64,000 nucleotides of DNA from an uncultured delta proteobacterium (GTDB lineage: Bacteria > Desulfobacterota > BSN033 > UBA1163). The stretch covers positions 416,001-480,000 of the forward strand of contig CAVPSJ010000004.1 in NCBI GenBank assembly GCA_963708295.1, given 5' to 3'. Every line of letters starts with the position of its first letter. Position 1 is the stretch's first letter. Below the pieces are notes generated by a model that did not search any database, was not told the DNA's origin, and worked only from the letters and a program-made list of their open reading frames with translations. Positions 1-11,511 of the stretch are shown piece after piece. The position numbers were made by a program, and so were the translations under genes.

Positions 1-3000
1 TTCTCAAATCCGGGAGCCTTCCCTTGAGCAACTGGGAGACGTTCAGGATGGAGAAGATTTTGGAAAGGATGTTAAATCTTTCGATCACACCGTTCTCAAA
101 TTCGAGCCTGAGCCCTCCGTTGAGGGATTCTTTCATCTTTTGATAATCCTTCCCTTCTCCTCTCAACTCCACTTTATCGATGTGAACTCTTCCGGTGATC
201 ATCACCCTTTCCTCCGCCTCTTTTTGGAAAAGGGTTCGGATAAAGGCCTTGGCCTCCATATTAGAAAAACGGGGTTTGATCTCAATGCTTACCCCCTTTT
301 CCGTCGGCTTTATCCACCCCTCCCCCCAGAGGTCCCCTTCATTGGCTTTGAATTGGAGAGAAGTGATAAACAGCGTTCCATCGATTGTCTTCATTTCTCC
401 GTTCAGATCTTGACAATGAAGGCTGCGGTATTTCGCCTGATCGATCTTTATCTTACCATCGATCGACCAATCTAAAAGCCCGTCCCTTATCCTCTCAAGA
501 GAAATGGGGGAGGTTCCCTCTCTTTTCGGAAAGAGCGAATCAAGGTCCAGTTGCGGAGAAGAAATCTGAAAGGAGAGCCTACCCGATTCCGGAAAACCCG
601 AACCTTTTCCAACCTTTTGGGAGGAGACAGATGAAGAAGGCGACCTCTGGAAGAGGGTGCCGGAAGCGGTGACGGGGGAATCTCCCACCCTTCCTTTCAA
701 CTCATCGAATCGAATCTGCCCAGGGACCACAGAAATGAAACCATCGAAATGGGAGAGAGGAACAGGTATCTCCCGGTGGCGAAGGTCGATGGCCTTTAAT
801 CGTATCTCACCCTCCTTTAAGGCACCGATCCAGTCTTCCATCTTTCCCTGCCATTTCAGCCGAACCTCTGCTGCTCCGTTGAGCTCTTGAATCCCTTCCA
901 CTTGCGATCGGATCGGGTCCGGGAAGAGCGGTGACTTGATGAGGGAAAACATGTGTTTCAGATCAATCGAACCCCATGTCGACAAACTCACATCTCCCCC
1001 TCTGATCCATCCGTCCAATGTCAGGGAGGAACTACCCGATTGGATCTTGGTCTTTGAAAAACCCATTCCCGAGTTCGAAAACGAAACCTCTCCCTCTTTC
1101 AAGACGAGGGGGATAGGATTCCCTTTTTGAAGGAGTGAAACTTCTCTTGGAATAAATTCCCCTTCATAAGAAAAAAGGGCAGTCCCTGAGGGAGATTTCC
1201 CTCTGAATGAGAATTGACTTATTCCTGAAAGGGCTTCGAAGCCATCTGTTTTAGAACGCACCTCTCCGGGGAGGAGAGACGATTGAAAAAGGGAAAAAAG
1301 ATTTTTTATATCCATTCTTCCCTCGGCCTTGATCTCGACGGAAGGATCCTTCGCTCCGTGTTTCCAAAGGCCATTTGTCACCAGAGACGAATTACCAAAC
1401 TCCGCCCTCGCCCCTGACCATTTGAGATCATCGTCTGAAAGTTCTAATCGTCCTTCTCCGATTTGGATCGGGAATGGGATTTGGGGCTGAGTGAATCGGG
1501 CCTTTGAAAGATTGTAGATCCCATGGTGCTCAAGACGGATGGGGGGGATAAGGATCCCTTTGGCAGAGAGGGAATATCGTGCCTCTCCCGAAAGGATGTG
1601 GATGGAGGAAAGGGCACGGCTGAATTCTACAGGGATCCCTTCGGACTTTGAGAGACCGGGAAGATCCCTTAAGTCAAGTTTCCCCTGACAATCGAGTTGA
1701 AGTGTCGGGCCGTGAAGAAGCTCTGAAAAGGTGGCGTTGACTTTCTCCAGGGTCGAATGAAAGGTTCTTCCATGGACCTCTTTCAGATAAAGGTGACCTT
1801 TTTGAAAGAGAACCTGGCCTTGGAGATCCTCAAGGGGCGGAAAGTCCCAGGGAAGTTTCAAGTGAGCTCCGTCGAGCTTCGCCTCAACGGAGAGGACATG
1901 GGCATTGGCAGGCTGATCGCAGTGATCAATCTCCTCCATCTTCCCCGAAAGCTTGACAGAGACCGCTTGGAACGAGCCCTTTCCTTCCGACCGGAAGAGC
2001 CGGTCCGAGACGTCCGGAGTGATGATCCGGAAGGGGATGAATTTCTTGCCCTCTGCAATATCGAAGGGGCTGGTGGATGCTTCGGCTTCCATTCCCATCT
2101 CTTGGGAACCGATATCATAAACCCTCCCCTTGGCCTTGATCCGTACCTCCGGCAATTCAATCAAGAACCGGGGAATCTTGAAATCTTTTGCATCATACGC
2201 CGCTTCAAAGTTGAGGTTTAGCCATTTGGGCTTCAGAATGAATGAAAACACCCGGGGGTAGTCAAAAACGACTTCCGTCATCGTGATCTTTGCGGAAGCC
2301 TTAAAGGGGCCATGCAACTCTCCTCGATACTGCGCATGGAGGTCCAGGATTCCTGATATCCTTTTCATGGGAAGAACCGCCTCGAGGTAGGGCCAGAAAT
2401 GAAGCGTTTCAATCCCCTTCATCTTCACCTCCGCATCTATTCTCCCTTTTGAAAAATCCATATCTTCAGGAATATTTTGGAGGGTTCCATGGGCGGAAAA
2501 CTGGCCGTCCTTCTTGGAATGAAGAATCTTTCCGCTGATATGAAACGGAAAGGCTTCACGAGAGGAAATGTTGGGGAGTTCAAAATTGAAAGACCGTATT
2601 TCTGTTTTCAACGGGAGATCGCCGAGGCTGTCATCTGAGAAAAAAACCTCTCCACTTCTGATGGTCAAGGAGCATCCGGAGAGAGACGAAACCGCCTCCA
2701 GAATCGTCTGACGCGTTTCCTTCCGTTTTTCACCGGCCGGAGGAGGGTCGGAGAAAAGGTTGAGCTGACCGTTTTTATCTCTGATGACCCGCAGCGTGGG
2801 TCGGTCAACGACAATTCGCTTCCATTTGATTTCTCTTTTGAGGAGAGGAAAGAGCTTCACTTTTAAGAGAAGCCTCTTGGCCTGAAGAAGATCGAAGGTC
2901 AGAGAGCGATCCCTGATTCGGAAGTCCTCAAACGCTATTCCCACACCGTCCCATAAATTTATTTTGGCCTTCCCGATGGAGACTTCCCTGTCTAGAGCGG

Positions 3001-3136
3001 TCGTCAAGGACTTCTCAAGGGCGTTTCGGTAAAGAACTGGGTCGAGGAGATAGCGGGTCAATAAAAGGATGAAGGCTCCGACGACGATGATCGGAATCAA
3101 GATCCAGAGAATATACCACTTTCTGCGACGACTCAT
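1..3136 (-). CDS. AsmA/YhdP-like large envelope protein, 3' end outside window
   Basis: Manual translation from ATG 3136: MSRRRKWYILWILIPIIVVGAFILLLTRYLLDP... (N-terminal TM, then AsmA-type beta-rich sequence ...IKWKRIVVDRPTLRVIRDKNGQLNL). The frame appears open to base 1, which explains its absence from the ORF track. Confidence 0.75.
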   Translation of the reverse strand, partial: MSRRRKWYILWILIPIIVVGAFILLLTRYLLDPVLYRNALEKSLTTALDREVSIGKAKINLWDGVGIAFEDFRIRDRSLTFDLLQAKRLLLKVKLFPLLKREIKWKRIVVDRPTLRVIRDKNGQLNLFSDPPPAGEKRKETRQTILEAVSSLSGCSLTIRSGEVFFSDDSLGDLPLKTEIRSFNFELPNISSREAFPFHISGKILHSKKDGQFSAHGTLQNIPEDMDFSKGRIDAEVKMKGIETLHFWPYLEAVLPMKRISGILDLHAQYRGELHGPFKASAKITMTEVVFDYPRVFSFILKPKWLNLNFEAAYDAKDFKIPRFLIELPEVRIKAKGRVYDIGSQEMGMEAEASTSPFDIAEGKKFIPFRIITPDVSDRLFRSEGKGSFQAVSVKLSGKMEEIDHCDQPANAHVLSVEAKLDGAHLKLPWDFPPLEDLQGQVLFQKGHLYLKEVHGRTFHSTLEKVNATFSELLHGPTLQLDCQGKLDLRDLPGLSKSEGIPVEFSRALSSIHILSGEARYSLSAKGILIPPIRLEHHGIYNLSKARFTQPQIPFPIQIGEGRLELSDDDLKWSGARAEFGNSSLVTNGLWKHGAKDPSVEIKAEGRMDIKNLFSLFQSSLLPGEVRSKTDGFEALSGISQFSFRGKSPSGTALFSYEGEFIPREVSLLQKGNPIPLVLKEGEVSFSNSGMGFSKTKIQSGSSSLTLDGWIRGGDVSLSTWGSIDLKHMFSLIKSPLFPDPIRSQVEGIQELNGAAEVRLKWQGKMEDWIGALKEGEIRLKAIDLRHREIPVPLSHFDGFISVVPGQIRFDELKGRVGDSPVTASGTLFQRSPSSSVSSQKVGKGSGFPESGRLSFQISSPQLDLDSLFPKREGTSPISLERIRDGLLDWSIDGKIKIDQAKYRSLHCQDLNGEMKTIDGTLFITSLQFKANEGDLWGEGWIKPTEKGVSIEIKPRFSNMEAKAFIRTLFQKEAEERVMITGRVHIDKVELRGEGKDYQKMKESLNGGLRLEFENGVIERFNILSKIFSILNVSQLLKGRLPDLR

Positions 3137-3155
3137 CTTTGCGCATCCAAGGGTA

Positions 3156-3321
3156 AAAATCCGAAGCACGAAATCCGAAATTTTAAACAACTCCGAATGA
3201 CAGAAATACAAAATTCAAAACCTACCCGATTAGGCCACTGGGTCATTTTGATTTAGGATTTGTTTCGGATTGGTCCGGGGCGGACGCTTCACCCGATATT
3301 CGGATTTCGAATTTTGAATTT
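3156..3321. repeat. AT-rich heptamer-type palindromic repeat (AAATCCG/AAATTCG units, inverted arms) with GC-rich insert
   Basis: aaatccgaagcacgaaatccgaaa...ttcggatttcgaattttgaattt; 3267-3308 matches the reverse complement of 7094-7135. Confidence 0.8.
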
Positions 3322-3338
3322 CCTTCATTCCCTGAATT

Positions 3339-4064
3339 CTAATTTGTCTTGATCGCGTGGGCCAACGTGAGGACGTCTACCCTTTCCGCTCCCCCTTTTA
3401 GCAACCCCTTCGAGCACTCGTTCACCGTAGCTCCCGTGGTATAAACATCATCAATGAGAAGAACCGACTTGCCCGATAATTTTTCTTTCTCGGTCACATA
3501 GAAAACCCCTTTTAACCCCTTTTCCCTTTCCATCCCGCTCAGATTCACCTGAGGAAGAGTGGGCTTCTTTTTTTTGAGGATTGTTTTGAGGACCGGAATG
3601 CCTGTCCGGCGACTCAACTCTTCAGCGAGGAGGAGTGCTTGATTGAATCCTCTTTCCCTTAATCGCTGGGGATGAAGCGGGACGGGAATCAGAAGATCGA
3701 GAAAGTGAAGATCCCAATAACGGTTCAAGCCTTCTGCCATCCATTCCGCAAAAAAAGAGGTGAGATGGGTTTTCCCTCCATATTTCCATCGATGGACTGC
3801 ACCCTGGAGAGACCCTTCAAAGGCTGCCGAAGCCCTTGCCATTCTAAAATATTTTCTATGGATCAAACAACTACCGCAAGGATGGTTTTCGCTTTCCCCG
3901 GAGACAAAAGGAGTCCCGCAAATGGAACAAAAGGGAGGTTCGATCCAGCGGACCTCCGAGAGACAGCTTTCGCAGAACCCCTGCTGACCTTCCTCCAGAA
4001 ATTTCCCGCAGCACGGGCATTGCGGGGGGAGAAAAAACTGAAACGCCGCTGACTGAAATTTCAT
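3339..4064 (-). CDS. comF: ComF family protein (zinc ribbons + phosphoribosyltransferase domain)
   Basis: CPCC..CESC..CSIC..CGSC, PVPLH..RGFNQA, LIDDVYTTGAT. Confidence 0.9.
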   Translation of the reverse strand: MKFQSAAFQFFLPPQCPCCGKFLEEGQQGFCESCLSEVRWIEPPFCSICGTPFVSGESENHPCGSCLIHRKYFRMARASAAFEGSLQGAVHRWKYGGKTHLTSFFAEWMAEGLNRYWDLHFLDLLIPVPLHPQRLRERGFNQALLLAEELSRRTGIPVLKTILKKKKPTLPQVNLSGMEREKGLKGVFYVTEKEKLSGKSVLLIDDVYTTGATVNECSKGLLKGGAERVDVLTLAHAIKTN

Positions 4065-4144
4065 GACTGACTCCAGTGGATGCCTGCCGCAGCCTGGCCA
4101 GCCAGCGCAGGGGACAGGCTCGTGGCTGGATGGAAGATCGAAAA

Positions 4145-5515
4145 TTAAAACGAGGGGGTTAGCCTTTCAGGAAAAGAAAGGGGAGAAACGGAGGGGATCG
4201 CTTTTTCGCCTTCCTTAATCATATAGGTGCTCCACTGATGGCATTGAGGGCAGTAGGCAATCCATTCTTTGGATTCTCTTTCACAAGTGGTGCAATAGAA
4301 AGAAAGGTAGGAAGTTCCGCTCAATTCAAAAGTCTTCTCAAATTCTTGGGCAGCGCGGCTAAAGTCTTTCTTGTGAAGGTAGATTTCCGCGAGAAGCCTG
4401 TGAAGGGCCGGGAAATCCTTTACCCTTAAACTAATGTCGTTGATCTCCTCAAGAGCTTCATCCAACATTTCCAACCTCAAGCAGAGCTTTGCGTAAAAGA
4501 ATGCAAGCACCCAATTTTCGGGATCGTACCGAAGCGCCCTTTGGTAGATGCGGAAGAGCGTGCTCGGGTCCTCCCTGCTAAGATAAAGTTCTTCCAAGCG
4601 AAGAATGAAGACAATGGATTTGAACCGGGTGAAACTCTTTCCCCAGACATTCCCAGCGGTGGTCCATCTTCCCATTTGAAGGTAGATATCTCCGAGCAGT
4701 ACAAATCCGGGCTGAAAGGTCTTCCGTTCTCGAATAATCTCTTTGGCATCTTTCAGAGCATTTTCCAGATTTCGCTCCCCCCCCCGGCTTAAAAGATCTC
4801 TGGCACGCTCATATTTCAGCCCCAAATAGAAAAGGGTCTCCTCTTCCTCTGCCTGTTTTCCCTTGATGGATTTGAGTAGGGACCTCTGGATCTGGATTGC
4901 TTCCTCCCATCGTTTGCTGCCCAGATAGATTTGCCTCAGACTTTTCTGCGCGTTGAGATTTGTCTCGTCCAAACCGACGGCGCGGTTCAAGGTCCGGATG
5001 GCTTCATCGAATCGCTTCATGCGTTGGTACACTTCGGCCTGGCGGAGGAGAATTTCTATGTTCCTCATATCGATCAACTCCGCTCTTCCCAGCCAATGAA
5101 GCGCATCTTGTTCGTTACCCTCCTGGACGGCGATCTCTGAAAGCCGGAGATAGAGATCGATTTGGGTGGGATCTCTTTTTAATACCTCAACAAAGTGCGC
5201 TTTCGCCTTGGCCAGATCCCCTCGAAGGAAAACATCCATCCCCTTACTCAGTTCCTCCTTGAGAGATTCTTCCTTCTTTTTTTGGCGAGATTTCTGAAAA
5301 CCCTCGATGGCCCGTTTGGCATCCCGCGCCAAAAAGCCCATGAAGATCAACATGGCTCCCAATACAAAAGAGGAGATCATCAACGTAGAGAGATTCGTAG
5401 AAATGGTTTTCCCGAAAAAGTGGAACTCCTCCACTCCCATGGGGTTATCGAATGAAAGCCAGAGGAAAAAACCCATCACGACGAAAAGAAAGCTCAACAA
5501 AATTTTCGCTAGCAT
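4145..5515 (-). CDS. LapA-like membrane domain + TPR + rubredoxin-like domain (LapB/YciM-like)
   Basis: Two N-terminal TM helices, multiple TPRs, C-terminal CTTC-x9-CPQC..W. Confidence 0.7.
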   Translation of the reverse strand: MLAKILLSFLFVVMGFFLWLSFDNPMGVEEFHFFGKTISTNLSTLMISSFVLGAMLIFMGFLARDAKRAIEGFQKSRQKKKEESLKEELSKGMDVFLRGDLAKAKAHFVEVLKRDPTQIDLYLRLSEIAVQEGNEQDALHWLGRAELIDMRNIEILLRQAEVYQRMKRFDEAIRTLNRAVGLDETNLNAQKSLRQIYLGSKRWEEAIQIQRSLLKSIKGKQAEEEETLFYLGLKYERARDLLSRGGERNLENALKDAKEIIRERKTFQPGFVLLGDIYLQMGRWTTAGNVWGKSFTRFKSIVFILRLEELYLSREDPSTLFRIYQRALRYDPENWVLAFFYAKLCLRLEMLDEALEEINDISLRVKDFPALHRLLAEIYLHKKDFSRAAQEFEKTFELSGTSYLSFYCTTCERESKEWIAYCPQCHQWSTYMIKEGEKAIPSVSPLSFPERLTPSF

Positions 5516-5519
5516 TTTT

Positions 5520-5948
5520 CTAAAACTTTCCTTTTTCCAGTTTGGTTAAACAAGGGACACAATATTTCGCCACCGGTCGAACCTCGAGCCGCTTTAAGCT
5601 AATCGGTCCCCCACACTCCTCGCAAACGCCGTAGGTCCCGCTCTCAATCCGGTCGAGAGATTCATCCACTTCTTTGAGCCTCGCTCGCTCATTCTCGTTT
5701 AAGCTGAGCAGGACTTGCTTGTTATAAATATTGGCCGCCTCATCCCCGATGTCCTGAGTCCCATCTTGCCCCATTTCCTTTGAAGATTCAACAATCTGTT
5801 TCACATCACCGACGATCTGCTCCCGCTCTTTGAAAAGAATTTTCCTAAATTTCGCGATCGTCTTCTTATCCAGCTTATCTGCTTCCCTTTTCTGATCCAC
5901 CGATTCCTTTTTCTGAACCGCTCGGGGTTTGACTTTTTCTTTAACCAA
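5520..5948 (-). CDS. dksA: TraR/DksA family transcription factor
   Basis: DIGDEA coiled-coil tip; GTYGVCEECG..RLEVRP..CVPC zinc finger. Confidence 0.88.
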   Translation of the reverse strand: MVKEKVKPRAVQKKESVDQKREADKLDKKTIAKFRKILFKEREQIVGDVKQIVESSKEMGQDGTQDIGDEAANIYNKQVLLSLNENERARLKEVDESLDRIESGTYGVCEECGGPISLKRLEVRPVAKYCVPCLTKLEKGKF

Positions 5949-6306
5949 TATTCCCTCCTTCTTCGATCTCTATTCGGGGGGCATCGATCCAGAGCCCCTC
6001 CAAATCGTAAAAATTTCTAACAGGTTCCAGGAAGATATGGACAATCACATCCGCATAATCCATCAAAATCCATCTTCCTCCGGCCATCCCCTCCTGACCA
6101 AGAGGCCGAACCCCTTTTTTCTTGAGAGCCTCTTCAATCCCCTGGGCAATCGCCTGGACCTGACGATCGGACTTCCCGCTACAGAGGAGAAAATAATCCG
6201 TAAACGAGGTCATCCCTTTCAGCTCAAGAAGAACCGGGTGTAAGGCCTTCTTTTCAAGCGCCGCCTTCAGGCAGAGCAAGGATTTTGTTTTCGAATCGGT
6301 GACCAT
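5941..6306 (-). CDS. rsfS: Ribosome silencing factor RsfS
   Basis: DYFLLCSGKSDRQVQAIA, WILMDYADVIVHIF, FYDLEGLW; follows nadD. Confidence 0.93.
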   Translation of the reverse strand: MVTDSKTKSLLCLKAALEKKALHPVLLELKGMTSFTDYFLLCSGKSDRQVQAIAQGIEEALKKKGVRPLGQEGMAGGRWILMDYADVIVHIFLEPVRNFYDLEGLWIDAPRIEIEEGGNIG

Positions 6307-6390
6307 ATCCTCCTAAAGGATATTTTTAAGTTTCACATTATACCAGAAAAAATTGAGATGACAAATAAAAAAGATAAAAAAATCCATTTT

Positions 6391-7065
6391 CTAAACGAAG
6401 GGCTTTTTTCGATAAAGCCCATACGTTCGGATATACGCCTCCACTTCGGCGGGAATCAGGTACCTTACCGTCTCCCCTTTTGCGATTAACTCTCTGACCC
6501 TCGTTGAGGAGATGTCGAGAAACCGGATTTCTTTAAAATAGACCCGATGGCCGGTACGGTGGACCCAGGCTCTCTCCCGCGTGTCATATCGAAAATCCGG
6601 AATCACGCTCTCGGGGAAGGGGGAGGACGAAATGTTTTCTTGAGATCCAGGTCGGACCATCACCGTAAAGTGACAAAGAGAAAAGAGACTTTGAAAGTCT
6701 CTCCATGTCTCAATCTCTTGAAAAGCGTCCCCGCCCAGAATGAAGAAAAAAACATCTTTGTATCTCTCTCGAAAGGTTCGGAGGGTGTCGATGGAGAAAG
6801 ATCTCCCCGGCCTTGAGAGTTCAAGATCACTGGCAGAAAAATGAGGATTGCTTGAAGTAGCCAACTTCACCATTTCCAGCCGGTGCTTCGCCTCCGTAAC
6901 TTTTTCTGTCGCCTTATGGGGCGGAACGGAGGAAGGGATGAAAATGACCTCATCGAGTCGCAATGCCTGCCAGATCTCCTCCGCTCCCCTGAGATGACCG
7001 AGATGGATGGGGTTAAAGGTCCCTCCGAATAACCCAATCCTCCTACCACTGGACTCCTTCTTGAT
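6391..7065 (-). CDS. nadD: Nicotinate-nucleotide adenylyltransferase (start uncertain)
   Basis: The frame extends upstream of the track start to include RIGLFGGTFNPIHLGHL; ISSTRVRE near the C-terminus; synteny proA-nadD-rsfS. Confidence 0.9.
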   Translation of the reverse strand: MKKESSGRRIGLFGGTFNPIHLGHLRGAEEIWQALRLDEVIFIPSSVPPHKATEKVTEAKHRLEMVKLATSSNPHFSASDLELSRPGRSFSIDTLRTFRERYKDVFFFILGGDAFQEIETWRDFQSLFSLCHFTVMVRPGSQENISSSPFPESVIPDFRYDTRERAWVHRTGHRVYFKEIRFLDISSTRVRELIAKGETVRYLIPAEVEAYIRTYGLYRKKPFV

Positions 7066-7086
7066 TTCTCAACCCTCCTGCACAAA

Positions 7087-7231
7087 AAATCCTGAAATTC
7101 GAATATCGGCCGAAGCGTCCGTCTCGGACCAATCCAACAAATCCAAACATCGAAAGCTCCGAAAGTCTGGGCTTTGGGGCATTTGAATTTGAAATTTGGC
7201 TTGTTTCGAAATTTGGAATTCGTGCTTAATT
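7087..7231. repeat. Second copy (inverted) of the heptamer-type repeat at 3156-3321
   Basis: gaaattcgaatatcggccgaagcgtccgtctcggaccaatcc...ttgtttcgaaatttggaattcgtgctt. Confidence 0.8.
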
Positions 7232-7234
7232 AGG

Positions 7235-8503
7235 TCATTCTCTCACTTGTCCTTCTCCATAGACGATGAATTTCGTGGTCGTCAATTCCTCCAAACCCAT
7301 GGGGCCAAAGGCATGAAGCTTGGAGGTACTGATTCCGATCTCCGCGCCCAGACCCAACTCGAAACCATCGTTGAATCTCGTTGAGGCATTGACCAGGACA
7401 CAGGAGGAATGGACTTCTCTCAAAAACCTCTGGGCATTCTGATAATCTGAGGTCAGGATGGCTTCTGTGTGAAGCGAGCCGTATCGCGTAATGTGTCCGG
7501 TCGCTTCTTCGATCCCTTTCACCACTTTGACGGAGAGAATGAGGTCCAAATATTCTCGAGACCAATCTTCTTCCGAAGCCTTCTTGATATGAGATAGAAT
7601 CTTTTGGGTTTGAGGGCACCCCCTGAGTTCCACCCCTTCTTTCTCCAGAACTTTCGCCACCTTTGGAAGGAATCGGCGCGCCACTTTTTCATGAACGAGC
7701 AGGGTCTCCATCGCATTGCACACCCCTGGTTTCTGGACTTTTGCATTGAGGCAAACCCGGGTGGCCATCTCCAGATCAGCCGTCTCATCGACGAAAATAT
7801 GGCAGATTCCCTTATAATGTTTGATGACTGGAATCTTTGAATGATGGGTGACGAATCGGATGAGCTCTTCTCCTCCCCTGGGGATGATCAGATCGATTTG
7901 ATCCTCCAACTGGAGCATCTCCCGGATGGCCTCCCTCTCCGTGCGAGGGAAGATCTGGATCCCGTCTGGAGAAAGTCCCATTTTGAGCAGAACCTGCCGA
8001 AGGATCTTCCCAATCGCTTGATTCGAATGGAAGGCTTCTGACCCTCCCCTGAGAATGACACTGTTGCCCGACTTAAGACAGAGACCTGAGGCATCGGCGG
8101 TGACATTGGGTCTCGACTCGTAAATGATCCCAATGACGCCGATGGGAATCCTCATCTTTCCCACCGTCAAACCATTGGGCCTTTTCCACATCTTGACGAC
8201 TTCGCCCACCGGGTCCGGAAGACGAGCGACTTCCCGAAGCCCCCCGGCCATTCCTTGGATCACCGGAGGAGTCAATCTCAAGCGGTCGATCAGTGGCAAC
8301 GTCAGTTGGCCCTTTTCAGCCAAAGCGAGATCTTTCCGATTTTCTCGAATCAGCTGCTCTTGATGCCGCTCCAGGCTCTCTGCCATTTCGAGGAGGGCCT
8401 TGTCTTTGACGGCGGCGGAAAGTTGGGCGAGTTGACAAGAGGCCTCCTTGGCCCTTCCGGCCATCTCCCTCGCCTCCGCCCTGAAGTCCACTTTCTCTTT
8501 CAT
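7235..8503 (-). CDS. proA: Glutamate-5-semialdehyde dehydrogenase
   Basis: [53 protein letters not shown]. Confidence 0.97.
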   Translation of the reverse strand: MKEKVDFRAEAREMAGRAKEASCQLAQLSAAVKDKALLEMAESLERHQEQLIRENRKDLALAEKGQLTLPLIDRLRLTPPVIQGMAGGLREVARLPDPVGEVVKMWKRPNGLTVGKMRIPIGVIGIIYESRPNVTADASGLCLKSGNSVILRGGSEAFHSNQAIGKILRQVLLKMGLSPDGIQIFPRTEREAIREMLQLEDQIDLIIPRGGEELIRFVTHHSKIPVIKHYKGICHIFVDETADLEMATRVCLNAKVQKPGVCNAMETLLVHEKVARRFLPKVAKVLEKEGVELRGCPQTQKILSHIKKASEEDWSREYLDLILSVKVVKGIEEATGHITRYGSLHTEAILTSDYQNAQRFLREVHSSCVLVNASTRFNDGFELGLGAEIGISTSKLHAFGPMGLEELTTTKFIVYGEGQVRE

Positions 8504-9613
8504 AAAACAACCAAGTCGTCCCGGTGAATCACTTCATCCGAATATTTGTAGCCCAGGGTCGATTCAATCTGGTTGCTTCGAAGGCCTTTGATTCTTTCAA
8601 TCTCCGACGCGCTGTAGTTGACCAACCCTCTGGCGAATTCCTTTCCGCGGGGTCCCAGGCAGGTCACCAAATCGCCTCGATCGAAACTCCCCTTGATTTT
8701 GACCACACCCGATGGGAGCAGACTCTTTCCCCTCTGGACAACGGCCTTCTTCGCCCCATCGTCCACGAAGACGTCGCCCTTCGGTTTTGGGTTAAAGGCA
8801 ATCCAATGTTTCCGGCTGCTCAGGGCCTCCCCTTTCGGAAGAATCAGCGTCCCGATTTCCTTTCCCTTTAAGATCTGATGGAGGACGCCCTCCCTGGTTC
8901 CCCTTGCGACGACGGTGGGAATCCCGAAACGGGATGCCTTCTTGGCAGCCTGGATCTTGCTGATCATCCCTCCCACGCTCATCTCGCTCTTTGTCTCTCC
9001 GACGATCTCCTCCAAATCCGCATTGATTTCTTCTACCAGGGGGATACATCGGGCATGAGGGTTTACCCTCGGGTCGGAATCGCAAAGACCATCGATGTCC
9101 GTCAGGATAATGAGTAGATCCGCCCCGATCAGGTTGGTGATCAGAGCGGAAAGGTTGTCATTGTCGCCGAACTTGATCTCGTCCACCACGACCGTATCGT
9201 TCTCGTTGATAATCGGGATGATTCCGAGTTCAAGCAGCGTGAGGAGGGTATTGCGGGCGTTCAGGAATCTCCGCCGGTGGCTCAAATCATCGCGGGTCAA
9301 AAGAACCTGTGCTACCATTTGTTGAAAGCGCGAGAAATAGTTTTCATAGATATTCATCAATCGAGTCTGTCCCACGGCTGCGGTGGCCTGTTTCTGCGTG
9401 ATCGCCTGAGGACGAGTCTGATAGCCCAGCTTTTCCATCCCTGCCGCAATGGCACCGGAGGAGACCAAGACGATTTCATACCCTTGGCGTTTCAGATCCG
9501 ATATTTCCTTGGACAAACGGGAGAAAACCTCGTAATGGAGCCCCTTCGCAACAGAGGCCAGAATACTGGAGCCCACCTTCACAACGATGCGTCTTCGCTT
9601 TCCCAGTAGCTTT

Positions 9614-9636
<23 letters not shown>
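8500..9636 (-). CDS. proB: Glutamate 5-kinase with PUA domain
   Basis: [43 protein letters not shown]. Confidence 0.97.
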
Positions 9637-10957
<1,321 letters not shown>

Positions 10958-10983
10958 AACTGCCTCCGACTCTTTGCCGTGCT

Positions 10984-11040
10984 GTAGCGCCCCCGTTTAT
11001 CGGGGGCGCAATTTTCGTCGGCAATAAATGCCGACGCTAC
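10984..11040. repeat. GTAG-type REP doublet (REPIN-like)
   Basis: GTAG-CGCCCCCGtttatCGGGGGCG and, inverted, GTAG-CGTCGGCAtttatTGCCGACG. Confidence 0.7.
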
Positions 11041-11099
11041 GTTTTTAACCTCACGTTTAACCCATTACTCCACTACTCCAATATCCCATTTGTTGTCAA

Positions 11100-11414
11100 T
11101 CAGCTGAATGCGATGTCATTGATTTTCAAATAGGTATACGTCTGTCGATGTCCTTTGAATCGCCGATAGTTCTTTCTCCTTTTCATCTTGTAGGTCAGGA
11201 CTTTCTCTCCCTTGCTCTCCCGGACGATCTCGCCTTTGATGACGACATTCGTCAGGCGGGGAGTTCCAATCTGTGCCTCTCCCTCTTTGGAGACCATCAG
11301 GACCTCTTTCAGCTCCACCTGATCTCCCACGTTCCCTTCCAATTTCTCGACCTGGATCAGGTCTCCTTTGGAAACCCGATACTCCCTTCCGCCCGTTTTC
11401 ACCACCGCATACAT
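11100..11414 (-). CDS. rplU: 50S ribosomal protein L21
   Basis: MYAVVKTGGREYRV..KRRKNYRRFKGHRQ. Confidence 0.98.
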   Translation of the reverse strand: MYAVVKTGGREYRVSKGDLIQVEKLEGNVGDQVELKEVLMVSKEGEAQIGTPRLTNVVIKGEIVRESKGEKVLTYKMKRRKNYRRFKGHRQTYTYLKINDIAFS

Positions 11415-11511
11415 CAGACGCCTCCACATTAAAGTAATCGTTGAATATTAATTGATTCCTAACCCATTGTCAAATTTCATTTTCAATACGAAACTGCCTT
11501 GCCCGCCAGCC

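Noticed and set aside
140-2221. Short ORFs listed in the track
   Set aside because: They are shadows of the long minus-strand AsmA-like frame.
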